Positions 1 through 8,197 of a DNA stretch of 64,000 bases are shown piece after piece (positions within the stretch are counted from its first letter, which is position 1; the number at the start of each line of letters is the position of its first letter). Origin of the DNA: Gemmatimonadota bacterium (GTDB taxonomy: Bacteria > JAAXHH01); NCBI GenBank assembly GCA_026702745.1, contig JAPPBT010000046.1:17884-81883 (forward strand). Reading direction: 5' to 3'. Position numbers and translations under genes: made by a program. The notes under the pieces are model-generated. The model saw nothing but the letters and a program-made list of their open reading frames with translations. It was not told the origin of the DNA and did not search any database.

Positions 1-479
1 CCGAAGAAGCACACGGCCACCTGCCCGCTGCCGCGCATCTTGCCGCTCAGGGCCGCGCCGGTCGCCATGCCCATTCCGCCCCCCACGATTCCGTTGGCGC
101 CCAGGATACCCAGGCTCATGTCGGCGATGTGCATGGTGCCGCCCTTGCCGCGGTTGTAGCCGTCGACCTTGCCCATCATTTCCGCCATCATGCGGTCTAC
201 CTTGCCGCCCTTCGCGATCAGGTGGCCGTGGCCTCTGTGGGTGCTGGTGAGGTAGTCGTCGTCGTTCAGCGCCGAGCAGATGCCCACGGCGGAGGCTTCC
301 TGGCCGATATACAGGTGCGCCAGGCCGCGCATCAGGCCCTGGGTGTAGATCTCCAGCACGGCCTCCTCGAAGCGCCGTATGGTCAGCATTTTGTCGTAGA
401 TTTCCCGGCACAGCGGCTCGGGCAGCGGCAGCGTTCCTTCGTCGCTGGAGGTCGTGATCAACTCCAGGGATTCCGTCAT
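1..479 (-). CDS. 2-oxo acid dehydrogenase E1 component alpha subunit (TPP-dependent; PDH/acetoin/BCKDH-type). Only the N-terminal ~159 aa are in the window; the gene continues past the window start.
   Basis: Reverse translation from the ATG at 477-479 gives MTESLELITTSSDEGTLPLPEPLCREIYDKMLTIRRFEEA...YIGQEA..., which is typical of E1 alpha N-termini. There is an AGGAG 11 nt upstream. The track omits it because the ORF is truncated by the window edge. Confidence 0.7.
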   Translation of the reverse strand, partial: MTESLELITTSSDEGTLPLPEPLCREIYDKMLTIRRFEEAVLEIYTQGLMRGLAHLYIGQEASAVGICSALNDDDYLTSTHRGHGHLIAKGGKVDRMMAEMMGKVDGYNRGKGGTMHIADMSLGILGANGIVGGGMGMATGAALSGKMRGSGQVAVCFF

Positions 480-633
480 GGACCCATCGCTCCTGAACAG
501 TAGAGGCTAAAGGGAAAAACGGTTCGGACGAACTGTGACATAATACGGGAGGGCCGACGGCCAGGCAAGAGGAAAATACCTGCGTCGAAGCGTCGTGGAT
601 CCTGCTCGATTCCAGCGGTTTCCACGCCCGCGC

Positions 634-1269
634 TCACCGGGATTGTTCCGGCGCGAATCCACGATTGAGCCGGCGGACCAGCGGCGGGGCGAAGAGGATC
701 ATCAGGATTGTCTCGGGAACGACGACGCTGGCATTGTAGAGCAGGGCGTAGAGCCACGGCGCCGTCCATTCCTGGAGCAGGGGGGAGAGGGTGACCCCCG
801 TGTAATCCCGGATCAGTTCGTAGACCTGCCGGTTCAGTTCCGGGGGCGTGAAGGCCGCGAAGTAGACCGCGCCGGACACCACGTGGCTTGCCAGGCGGAG
901 TATGCCGGCCGCAAGGATGCCCACCCTGGGCCAGGAAGGAAAGAAGCCGATGTTCCCGATCAGCGCGTAGGGCAGCAGGTAATCCAGGAAGACCTGTATG
1001 GGATGTAAGATGACCGGGTCGAGGATCAGCGTGACCAGGCCCGCGGCGAGCCCCCCTGCCACGCCCGCCCTCGGTCCGTAGGTGATCGCCAGGTAGACCA
1101 GGGGCAGGATCTTGAGCGAAAGCGAGCCGCCCCACGGCAGCCGGTATAGACGGATGAACCCGAGGAGGACCGCGAGGGCCACGGCCACGGCCATGGCCGT
1201 CAGGCGGCGCGTGCCGGCGGTGCTATTCGCCGTTTTTGGATTCGCTTTCTTCGGGCTCGTGCTTGCCAT
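634..1269 (-). CDS. Small polytopic membrane protein, possibly an ECF-transporter S component (ThiT-like). The alternative start at 1194 (MAVAVALAV...) would remove the overlap with the upstream gene.
   Basis: 211-aa ORF with about 6 hydrophobic segments and a hydrophilic N-terminal tail. Family assignment is by size and topology only. Confidence 0.35.
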   Translation of the reverse strand: MASTSPKKANPKTANSTAGTRRLTAMAVAVALAVLLGFIRLYRLPWGGSLSLKILPLVYLAITYGPRAGVAGGLAAGLVTLILDPVILHPIQVFLDYLLPYALIGNIGFFPSWPRVGILAAGILRLASHVVSGAVYFAAFTPPELNRQVYELIRDYTGVTLSPLLQEWTAPWLYALLYNASVVVPETILMILFAPPLVRRLNRGFAPEQSR

Positions 1270-1876
1270 GTCCGTTCATTTCGGCCACGCGCTTCAGTTT
1301 TTCCTGCTTGTCCAGTTTCTGCATCGTCACGAGGAGCGCCGTGTCGAGTTTCCTGATCCGTTCCGTGGTGGAAGTCAGTTCCAGCAGGGATTGCCTGTCC
1401 TTCAGGACCATGTCGATCGTCGACGCGATGATGAAGGAGAAGTGCACCGGATCGAATATGCCGCGGATGGCGCCCACGCCCCTGGTCTGCAGGCGGATCA
1501 TTTTCTGGTAGGCGTTCAGGACCTTCTTCAGGAGATCGGAGGGGATGTCCTCGTTCTCGTCGTCGAAGTACTCCACGACGGCTTCCAGGTAGGACTCGCG
1601 GTTCAGCACGTCGAGGACCCGGAAACGCCTTCGGCCCTCGGTGAGGATATCCATGGAACCGTTCTCGAACTGTCTCAGTATCTGCGTGATCCGGGCCGTG
1701 CAGCCCACCTGGCACAACTGGGTTTCATGGAGGAGGAGAATGCCGAATTCCGTTTTCTCGTGGATGCACTTGTGCACCATTTCCTTGTAGCGTGGTTCGA
1801 AAATGTGAAGGTGCAGAGGCATGCCCGGAAAGAGCACGGTATTGAGCGGGAAGAGCGGTATCTCGGGAGTGTTCAT
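1223..1876 (-). CDS. Stand-alone LON N-terminal (substrate-binding) domain protein
   Basis: PLFPLNTVLFPGMPLHLHIFEPRY is the LON_N signature. The protein is 217 aa and has no AAA or protease domain. Confidence 0.7.
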   Translation of the reverse strand: MNTPEIPLFPLNTVLFPGMPLHLHIFEPRYKEMVHKCIHEKTEFGILLLHETQLCQVGCTARITQILRQFENGSMDILTEGRRRFRVLDVLNRESYLEAVVEYFDDENEDIPSDLLKKVLNAYQKMIRLQTRGVGAIRGIFDPVHFSFIIASTIDMVLKDRQSLLELTSTTERIRKLDTALLVTMQKLDKQEKLKRVAEMNGHGKHEPEESESKNGE

Positions 1877-2081
1877 AACCTTACTGGAAGTTCGGAATTC
1901 GAGATAATGACGTAGCCCAAGGTTGAAGTGGATGACGAACGCGGCACGGTGGGCGGCGAATCCTGAAATCGCCGCGTGCGAATATCGCGATCAAAAGTGT
2001 GATCTGGTCATGCGAATCTTAACCGGTCGGTGTCGAAAATGTCAACGGAATTCAGCGGTTCCCGCCGGTAGCTGAAGAGAG

Positions 2082-2109
2082 CACTTCCCGCTTGACGACC
2101 CCCTGGCCA
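2082..2109 (+). promoter_or_regulatory. Candidate sigma70 promoter (TTGACG - 16 nt - TATATT) upstream of the mutase gene
   Basis: Hexamers read directly from the sequence. The promoter lies about 75 nt upstream of the ATG at 2185. Confidence 0.3.
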
Positions 2110-2184
2110 CGGCTATATTACGGTGTTGCTAACGGGTGTAACTGAGTTAGTTTTGACGCAATTAAGTCTTGCCTGGCGGACGCT

Positions 2185-3825
2185 ATGAACGGAATCGAAA
2201 GTAAGTCGAAGGAAGCTAAAAACGGGGGGCGGCCCCTGCGCAAGCCTTCCTTCACCAATATCTCCGGATCTCCCGTTGAAGGGTTGTATACGGCCGGCCG
2301 GCCGACCGATGCCGGGTATCTGCAGGACGGAGGATATCCGGGCCAGTACCCCTACACGCGCGGGATCCACGCTTCCCTGTACCGTGGCAGGCCCTGGACC
2401 ATCCGGCAGTTCTCCGGCTTCGGTTCCGCGGCCGATTCCAACGCCCGTTTCAAGTTTCTCCTGGAACAGGGCCAGGACGGCCTGTCGGTGGCCTTTGACG
2501 TACCGACGCTGATGGGGCTGGATTCGGATCACCCGTCCTCCGAAGGCGAAGTGGGCGTCTGCGGGGTCGCCATTGACTCGCTGGATGACATGGAGACCCT
2601 GTTCGGCGGCATTCCGCTTGACCGGATCAGCACGTCCATGACCATCAACGCCCCGGCCGCCGTGCTGCTGGCCATGTACCTGGCCCTGGCGGAGAAAAGA
2701 GGCATACCCTGGACCGGATTGCGGGGCACGCTGCAGAACGACATTCTGAAGGAATACATCGCGCAGAAGGAGTGGATCTGTCCGCCGGCCTCCGCGGTAA
2801 GGTTCGTATCCGATTCGGTGGTTTTCTGCACGGAGCGCGTACCTCAGTGGAACCCTGTCAGCATCAGCGGTTACCACATTCGGGAGGCGGGCTCGACGGC
2901 CGCCCAGGAACTGGCCTTCACCCTGGCGGACGGATTTGCCTACGTCGACGCCTGCATGGCCTCCGGTCTCGAAGTCGACCGCTTCGCTTCCCGGCTGTCC
3001 TTCTTTTTCAACGCCCACATCGATTTCTTCGAAGAGATCGCCAAGTTCCGCGCCGCCCGAAGGATCTGGGCGCGCCACATGCGGCGGCGGTACGGCGCCC
3101 GGTCCGAGCGATCCTGGATGCTGCGATTCCACACCCAGACTGCCGGGTGCAGCCTGACCGCCCAGCAGCCGGAGAACAACATCGTGCGCACGGCCGTGGA
3201 AGCGCTGTCCGCGGTGCTGGGCGGCACGCAGTCGATGCATACCAACGCGCTGGACGAAGCCTACGCGCTGCCCTCGGAAAAGGCGGCCCGCATCGCCGTG
3301 CGGACCCAACAGATCATCGCCCATGAAACCGGCGTGACCGACACGGTCGATCCCCTGGGAGGATCGTACTACGTCGAGTCCCTGACGAACCGGCTGGAAG
3401 AGGAGGCCGAGGCCTATTTCAAGAAGATCGACGGCTACGGCGGCATGGTCGGGGCGATCGAAGCGGGCTTTCCCCAGCGCGAGATCATGGCCGCGGCCAA
3501 CCGTTACCAGTCGGAGATCGAGAACAGGGAACGGATCATCACCGGCGTAAACGATTTCGTTACTCCCGACGACCCGGACCTGGAGACGCTTCGCATCGAC
3601 CCCCGCATCGAAAGGGAACAGCGAAACCGCCTCGACGCGGTGCGGCAGCGTAGAGACGGACCGGCGGCCCGGCGCGCCCTCGATGACCTGGGTACCGCGC
3701 TGCGGAACGGGGAGAATGTCATGCCGACCATGCTGGCCGCGGTGAAGGCCTACGCCACGCTGGGGGAGATCGTGGGCGTGATGCAGGAAGTGCACGGCTT
3801 GTACGAGGAACCCGTAGTTTATTAA
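2185..3825 (+). CDS. Methylmalonyl-CoA mutase family, catalytic (N-terminal) domain subunit. It has no B12-binding domain.
   Basis: 546 aa. Motifs [27 protein letters not shown] and [13 protein letters not shown] are typical of the MCM/ICM large-subunit core. The ORF ends where the linker and B12-binding domain would begin. Confidence 0.8.
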   Translation: MNGIESKSKEAKNGGRPLRKPSFTNISGSPVEGLYTAGRPTDAGYLQDGGYPGQYPYTRGIHASLYRGRPWTIRQFSGFGSAADSNARFKFLLEQGQDGLSVAFDVPTLMGLDSDHPSSEGEVGVCGVAIDSLDDMETLFGGIPLDRISTSMTINAPAAVLLAMYLALAEKRGIPWTGLRGTLQNDILKEYIAQKEWICPPASAVRFVSDSVVFCTERVPQWNPVSISGYHIREAGSTAAQELAFTLADGFAYVDACMASGLEVDRFASRLSFFFNAHIDFFEEIAKFRAARRIWARHMRRRYGARSERSWMLRFHTQTAGCSLTAQQPENNIVRTAVEALSAVLGGTQSMHTNALDEAYALPSEKAARIAVRTQQIIAHETGVTDTVDPLGGSYYVESLTNRLEEEAEAYFKKIDGYGGMVGAIEAGFPQREIMAAANRYQSEIENRERIITGVNDFVTPDDPDLETLRIDPRIEREQRNRLDAVRQRRDGPAARRALDDLGTALRNGENVMPTMLAAVKAYATLGEIVGVMQEVHGLYEEPVVY

Positions 3826-3849
3826 CGACCTTAAAGGAAACCGATTCAC

Positions 3850-5031
3850 ATGCCGCGTAACAAAAAGGGGCTGTCCACACGCTCCGTGCATGGCGGGGAA
3901 CACCGCGACAAGCCGTTTTCGTCGGTGACCAATCCCATCGTCCAGACCTCCACCTACGTCTTCCAGAATACCCGGGAGTTGATCGACTACACGACGGGAG
4001 AGGTCGACCGGGAGGAATACGGTCGCTACGGCAACCCCACCAAGTCGGTGGCGGAGCGCAAGATCGCCGAGTTGGAAGGCGGTGAGGACGCCGCCCTGTT
4101 CTCTTCGGGGATGAGCGCCTTTACATCCGTGCTGCTCGCCATGCTCTCCTCGGGCGCCCACGTGATCGTCATGGACGAGTGCTACCGGCGCAGCCGCCAG
4201 TTTTGCCGGCAGATCCTCCCGCGATACAACATCGACGTGACCTTCGTCAAGACGGGCGATTATGATGAACTGGCCTCGGCGATCACCGGGAAGACCCGGC
4301 TTATCGTATCTGAATCCCCCACGAATCCGTACCTGAACGTGATCGACCTGGAGAAGGTTTCGGAGATCGCCGACCGGCACCGGGTGAAGGTACTGATCGA
4401 CGGCACGTTCGCCACGCCCTTCAACCAGAAACCCCTGGAATACGGGATCGACCTGGTCCTCCACAGCGCCACGAAGTACCTGGGCGGCCACAACGACCTG
4501 CTGTCGGGCGCCGTCGTGGGCAGCGCGCCGCTCATCGCGGCCGTCCGCGAGTTCCGCGACGTCACGGGGGGCATCGTCGATCCGCACGGCGCGTACCTGC
4601 TGATCCGCGGCCTGAAGACCTTCGCCCTGCGCATGGAACAGCACAACACGAACGGCCTGGCCGTAGCCCGTTTCCTGGAAGGCCATCCGCGCATCCGGAA
4701 GACGTACTATCCCGGCCTGGAAAGCCACGCGGGCCATGAAATCGCGCGCAGGCAGATGAGCGGTTTCGGCGGTGTGGTGAGCTTCGAGGTCGACGGAGAC
4801 ATGGATACGACCATCCGCTTCATCGACGCTGTGCGCATCCCCTACATCGCGCCGAGCCTGGGCGGCGTGGAGAGCCTGATCGAGCAGCCCGCCATCATGT
4901 CCTTCTATGAAATGGACCGGTCCGAGCGCCTCGAGATTGGCATCAAAGACGAACTCGTCCGTTTTTCCGTGGGGATCGAAAACGCCGACGATCTGATCGC
5001 CGACCTGGACCAGGCCCTGGGACAGATCTAG
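3850..5031 (+). CDS. Cys/Met-metabolism PLP-dependent enzyme (cystathionine gamma-synthase/gamma-lyase/methionine gamma-lyase family)
   Basis: 393 aa. SATKYLGGH is the PLP-lysine motif, and the protein has the fold-type I CGS/MGL pattern throughout. An AAAGGAAAC ribosome-binding site precedes it, and it starts 25 nt after the mutase stop. Confidence 0.8.
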   Translation: MPRNKKGLSTRSVHGGEHRDKPFSSVTNPIVQTSTYVFQNTRELIDYTTGEVDREEYGRYGNPTKSVAERKIAELEGGEDAALFSSGMSAFTSVLLAMLSSGAHVIVMDECYRRSRQFCRQILPRYNIDVTFVKTGDYDELASAITGKTRLIVSESPTNPYLNVIDLEKVSEIADRHRVKVLIDGTFATPFNQKPLEYGIDLVLHSATKYLGGHNDLLSGAVVGSAPLIAAVREFRDVTGGIVDPHGAYLLIRGLKTFALRMEQHNTNGLAVARFLEGHPRIRKTYYPGLESHAGHEIARRQMSGFGGVVSFEVDGDMDTTIRFIDAVRIPYIAPSLGGVESLIEQPAIMSFYEMDRSERLEIGIKDELVRFSVGIENADDLIADLDQALGQI

Positions 5032-5056
5032 GCGCATCATGGGTGGCAGGTTCGAA

Positions 5057-5100
5057 GGGACGGGAAACCCGCGACCATCCGTTACCGTCCCTCAGTTTTC
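5057..5100 (+). terminator. Possible intrinsic terminator after the PLP-enzyme gene
   Basis: GGGACGG ... CCGTCCC inverted repeat followed by TCAGTTTTC. The loop is long, so this is weak. Confidence 0.25.
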
Positions 5101-5250
5101 ATCCAACATTCGATCCAACTTCCAGTATCAATTTTTCGATCGAGGCTGCTGGTTGGATTCGAATCGGTTGTTACTTTAGCAGAAATGTTTATATTCAAAG
5201 AATAGTCGTTTTCTTAATGTGATGCGTGAACCCATGTTTCCAGTCAGGCG

Positions 5251-5769
5251 ATGATGCAGAGAAAACCGAAAACAGGCCCGGAAGGCAAGCTGATCGAACG
5301 GTTCGTATATGCGGTTGAACATCTGAATCGCTTGATGTTCAGCGGTCGTATTACAGAACTCAGACGCCTGCACGTGAATGCGCACCAGATGAACACCCTG
5401 TTCCTGCTGGGATACTTCGGCCCGTTGAAAATGAGCGATATCGCGAGCGAACTGGGCACTTCGATCGCCCACACGACGATCATCGTGAAGAACCTGGTTC
5501 AAAAGGAGTACGTTAAGCGAGGCACAAGTCCGACTGACCGCAGGCTGATTATCTGTGAACTGACCGATCTCGGCAGGAAAGCTACGGAAGTGTTCTTGAG
5601 TCACGCTCGACAGCGTGCGTTACAGATCGCAGAGAGGTGGGATGCGGAGAGTCTGGAGTCCGTGGTGGATTCGTTGGAGTTGTTGTGGCAAACCGAAGAC
5701 GAAGTACTGAAAACAGCAGGGGCCGATTCAAAGCAGCAAACTCCGGGGCCAGGACTCGAACCTGGATAG
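5251..5769 (+). CDS. MarR-family transcriptional regulator. Its C-terminal 29 nt overlap the tRNA-Gln on the opposite strand.
   Basis: 172 aa with a winged-helix MarR pattern (MSDIASELGTSIAHTTIIVKNLVQKEYVKR...DRR). The ORF runs to the first stop, which falls inside the tRNA. Confidence 0.65.
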   Translation: MMQRKPKTGPEGKLIERFVYAVEHLNRLMFSGRITELRRLHVNAHQMNTLFLLGYFGPLKMSDIASELGTSIAHTTIIVKNLVQKEYVKRGTSPTDRRLIICELTDLGRKATEVFLSHARQRALQIAERWDAESLESVVDSLELLWQTEDEVLKTAGADSKQQTPGPGLEPG

Positions 5770-5812
5770 CCAGAACCAAAATCTGGTGTCCTGCCAATTG
5801 AACGACCCCGGA
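5741..5812 (-). tRNA. tRNA-Gln (anticodon TTG), 72 nt, CCA not encoded
   Basis: Folded by hand. The acceptor stem is TCCGGGG/CCCCGGA with the bacterial Gln-specific U1-A72 pair, and the discriminator is G. Pos. 8 is T; D-stem GTTC/GGAC; D-loop has GG. The anticodon stem is CCAGA/TCTGG around loop TTTTGGT. The T-arm is CCAGG-TTCGAGT-CCTGG. Confidence 0.8.
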
Positions 5813-5816
5813 ATAC

Positions 5817-6221
5817 TCACGGTCCGGTCGGCGTTACGGACCGGAATTCCTCTACACGCCACGCGATTTCACACGCCCCCGTCTGCGCGTTTCTTTCGGC
5901 GCGGTACCGGAGAATGGTATCGGCGGCGACTTCCACCGAATTGCGGTCGACACCCGAACAGGTAGGGGATTCCACCGACAGGATGTGCGTCCCGGGCTTG
6001 ACCGACCGGAACTCCGTGTACGCGCCTACCGGCAGTTCCCTCGCGTCCCCCGCCAGGTCGACCCGAATGGCTTCCGTACTCTCCAGCGTGTTGTAAACGG
6101 TCAGCACAAAGGTGTCTTCGCCCCCGCAGGCCGCATGCACGAATGCCGCGACAAACAGGGCAGCGACGCAACCGGCTCGCTTTCGCGTTGACCCTGAGCC
6201 GTTGAATCCATCCATAAACAA
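5817..6221 (-). CDS. Small secreted protein or lipoprotein, function unknown
   Basis: 134 aa with an N-terminal hydrophobic segment ending in AACGG, which may be a lipobox. No recognisable domain. Confidence 0.4.
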   Translation of the reverse strand: MFMDGFNGSGSTRKRAGCVAALFVAAFVHAACGGEDTFVLTVYNTLESTEAIRVDLAGDARELPVGAYTEFRSVKPGTHILSVESPTCSGVDRNSVEVAADTILRYRAERNAQTGACEIAWRVEEFRSVTPTGP

Positions 6222-6308
6222 TACCCGATACCGTTGCCCCGAATACCGCGGTGCCCGCGGCCCGGCTCAATCTACCCGGCCGGCCGCCGCGTGTCAATTG
6301 GAAGTTGG

Positions 6309-6372
6309 GCACCGGTCCGTATTCATCACCGGTCCGTGTTGGCCATCGGTCCGTGTGGGCCGATTGTCCGCG
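6309..6372. repeat. Direct-repeat array with a 17-bp period, 3.5 copies (core CGGTCCGT), upstream of the SBP-kinase-regulator operon
   Basis: The core CGGTCCGT occurs at about 6313, 6330 and 6347, and a degenerate TTGTCCG copy at 6364. Spacing is exactly 17 bp. Confidence 0.5.
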
Positions 6373-6417
6373 ACAGCCGGCATCCCGCATTGACTCGTGC
6401 CCGGGGCCGTAATCTGC

Positions 6418-6446
6418 TTGACAGGCGGTCCAGTCGATATTAAAAT
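6418..6446 (+). promoter_or_regulatory. Near-consensus sigma70 promoter (TTGACA - 17 nt - TAAAAT), about 55 nt upstream of the SBP gene
   Basis: Hexamers and spacing read directly from the sequence. Confidence 0.35.
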
Positions 6447-6500
6447 GCTGACACTCACACGATCCCCCCGACAGATCAGGTAACACAGGGCGGTGTTTTC

Positions 6501-8183
6501 ATGCTGAAGACACGGCATATCACAGTCAAACACCCGCTTGCCTTCACGTTGATCCTGGGCCTGTTCCTGCTCTCAATACCAGAGGTGGTCCTCGGCCAGC
6601 GTTTGGTGCGTCCTGAGCTCCAGGACCGACTGGACCGTTTGGAACCCCAGGAGCGCCCGGACCAGGATGGCAGTACGGTCACCATCGGCAAGGTGGCCGT
6701 CGGCGATCTCACCTTCCACCCCCTGTTCAACAGTCTCGGCGTGGAGCGGGAGATTGCCTCGCTGATCTATGGCGAAGGCCTGCTACGCGTGGATGAATCG
6801 GGTACGCCGTCGGACGGGCTGGCCTATCTGCCCTTCAAGCTGTCAAACGGCCGCGACTGGGTGTTCCGGCTGAAACAGGATATAGAATTTCACGACGGGG
6901 AGCCGATGACGGCCGCCGACGTGATTTTTACGTACACGCGATACAAGGCCGCCCGGGTGTACGATCCCGTCTTTCACCGCTATTTCCAGAACATCGAACA
7001 GATTTCCGCCCTCGATCAACAGACCGTCCGGATCATCATGAAGTCGCCGATCGAAGCCTTTCCCAACCGGCTCGCAACCCTGCCCATACTGCCCAGGCAC
7101 CAGATGGGCCCCGGCCTCTTCGCCGACGCCGGCGCGCACCTGGAAACGACACGGCCCATCGGACTGGGTCCATACCGGGTCGCGTCATGGCCCGTCCACG
7201 ATACGGTGACGCTCGAGGCCAATGAGACCTGGCACCAGGGCCGCGCGAACCTGGACCGGGTGGTCTACCGGTTCTACCCCACTTCGGAATCCCTGCAGGC
7301 GGCTTTCATCATGCGGGAAGTGGATCTCATCGAAGTGGAACGCGACGGCACGCTGAAGGACCTGAAACGGGCGCGCTTCGATGCGAAGATACAGGCGATC
7401 GTGCCCGGAAGCCGCGCCTTCTCGGCGGTATTCTACAATCACCGGCATCCGCTGCTTGCGGATTCGGCCATCCGGCGCGCGCTGACCTACGCCACCGACC
7501 GCCAGCGCATCCTGGAAGAGGTGCTCGTGCGCGGCGCCGGGGTGCTGGCCCAGGGTCCCATACACCCGGATTTCGAGTTCAAGGGCGGCGACATGGGACT
7601 CAATTACCGTCCGCGCGAGGCCCTTGAACTGCTGCGCCTCCAGGGTTGGGGGGACGGCGACGGCGACGGGTTCCTGGACCGGGAGGGACAGCCCCTCCGG
7701 TTCGAGCTGCTGTTCCCAAGGGGACAGACTTCGGCCGAGAAGACGGTGCGTGTCGTCAAGCTGAACCTGAACCATATCGGCATCCAGGTCGTTCCCGTGC
7801 CCGTTACCCAGAAAGAACTGGTCCAGCGGCTCGGTATCGGCAGCTACGACGCGGCGCTGTTCGTGCAGGATTTCGAGCCCACGGCAGACGATCTCTACGC
7901 CGTATTCCACTCTGAGAGCATTGGCCTGGGGAACATGCTCGGTTACAGGAACCGCCAGGTCGACCGCAACATAAACTTCCTCTTCGGGCTGCCCGACCAG
8001 TATCGGGCCGGACCGGTCTATCAGCAGCTCGAAATGCTCTTGATCCAGGACCAGCCCTGCATGTTCCTCTACTTCGTGGATACCCGGTACATCGCGTACG
8101 ATCCTACCTTGAAAAACCTGGGCCGCCCAGGTGAAGCGCTCCGGTCGCCCGCGGCCTGGATTCGAGCCGAAACCGCTCCTTGA
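6501..8183 (+). CDS. Periplasmic solute-binding protein, family 5 (peptide/oligosaccharide/nickel type, DppA/OppA-like). Probably a sensory co-receptor.
   Basis: 560 aa with a signal peptide. It has the family-5 SBP pattern and is paralogous to the ORFs at 38670 and 50085. Its stop overlaps the start region of the downstream histidine kinase. Confidence 0.8.
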   Translation: MLKTRHITVKHPLAFTLILGLFLLSIPEVVLGQRLVRPELQDRLDRLEPQERPDQDGSTVTIGKVAVGDLTFHPLFNSLGVEREIASLIYGEGLLRVDESGTPSDGLAYLPFKLSNGRDWVFRLKQDIEFHDGEPMTAADVIFTYTRYKAARVYDPVFHRYFQNIEQISALDQQTVRIIMKSPIEAFPNRLATLPILPRHQMGPGLFADAGAHLETTRPIGLGPYRVASWPVHDTVTLEANETWHQGRANLDRVVYRFYPTSESLQAAFIMREVDLIEVERDGTLKDLKRARFDAKIQAIVPGSRAFSAVFYNHRHPLLADSAIRRALTYATDRQRILEEVLVRGAGVLAQGPIHPDFEFKGGDMGLNYRPREALELLRLQGWGDGDGDGFLDREGQPLRFELLFPRGQTSAEKTVRVVKLNLNHIGIQVVPVPVTQKELVQRLGIGSYDAALFVQDFEPTADDLYAVFHSESIGLGNMLGYRNRQVDRNINFLFGLPDQYRAGPVYQQLEMLLIQDQPCMFLYFVDTRYIAYDPTLKNLGRPGEALRSPAAWIRAETAP

Positions 8184-8197
8184 CGGCGCGCAATTCC

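Noticed and set aside
1941-2120. Possible cobalamin riboswitch upstream of the mutase gene (GGTG..AATCC and a GCCACGG B12-box-like string)
   Set aside because: The B12-box-like string falls inside the spacer of a good sigma70 promoter, so it would not be transcribed as leader RNA. The remaining similarity is short, and a B12-dependent enzyme is not a typical riboswitch target. Running cmsearch with RF00174 could settle it.
2113-5040. 975-aa ORF antisense to the mutase and PLP-enzyme genes, and many similar long antisense ORFs (e.g. 8510-10018, 11297-12364, 12937-14142, 20476-21945, 24207-26351, 26505-28043, 49617-51917, 45601-46821)
   Set aside because: High-GC genomes generate long stop-free antisense frames. 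The translations are low-complexity and rich in Arg/Gly/Pro/Ala. They lie opposite well-supported genes and have no motifs.
5741-6500. Genomic island integrated at the tRNA-Gln
   Set aside because: No integrase, no direct repeat of the tRNA 3' end in the window, and the flanking genes are ordinary chromosomal genes of matching composition.
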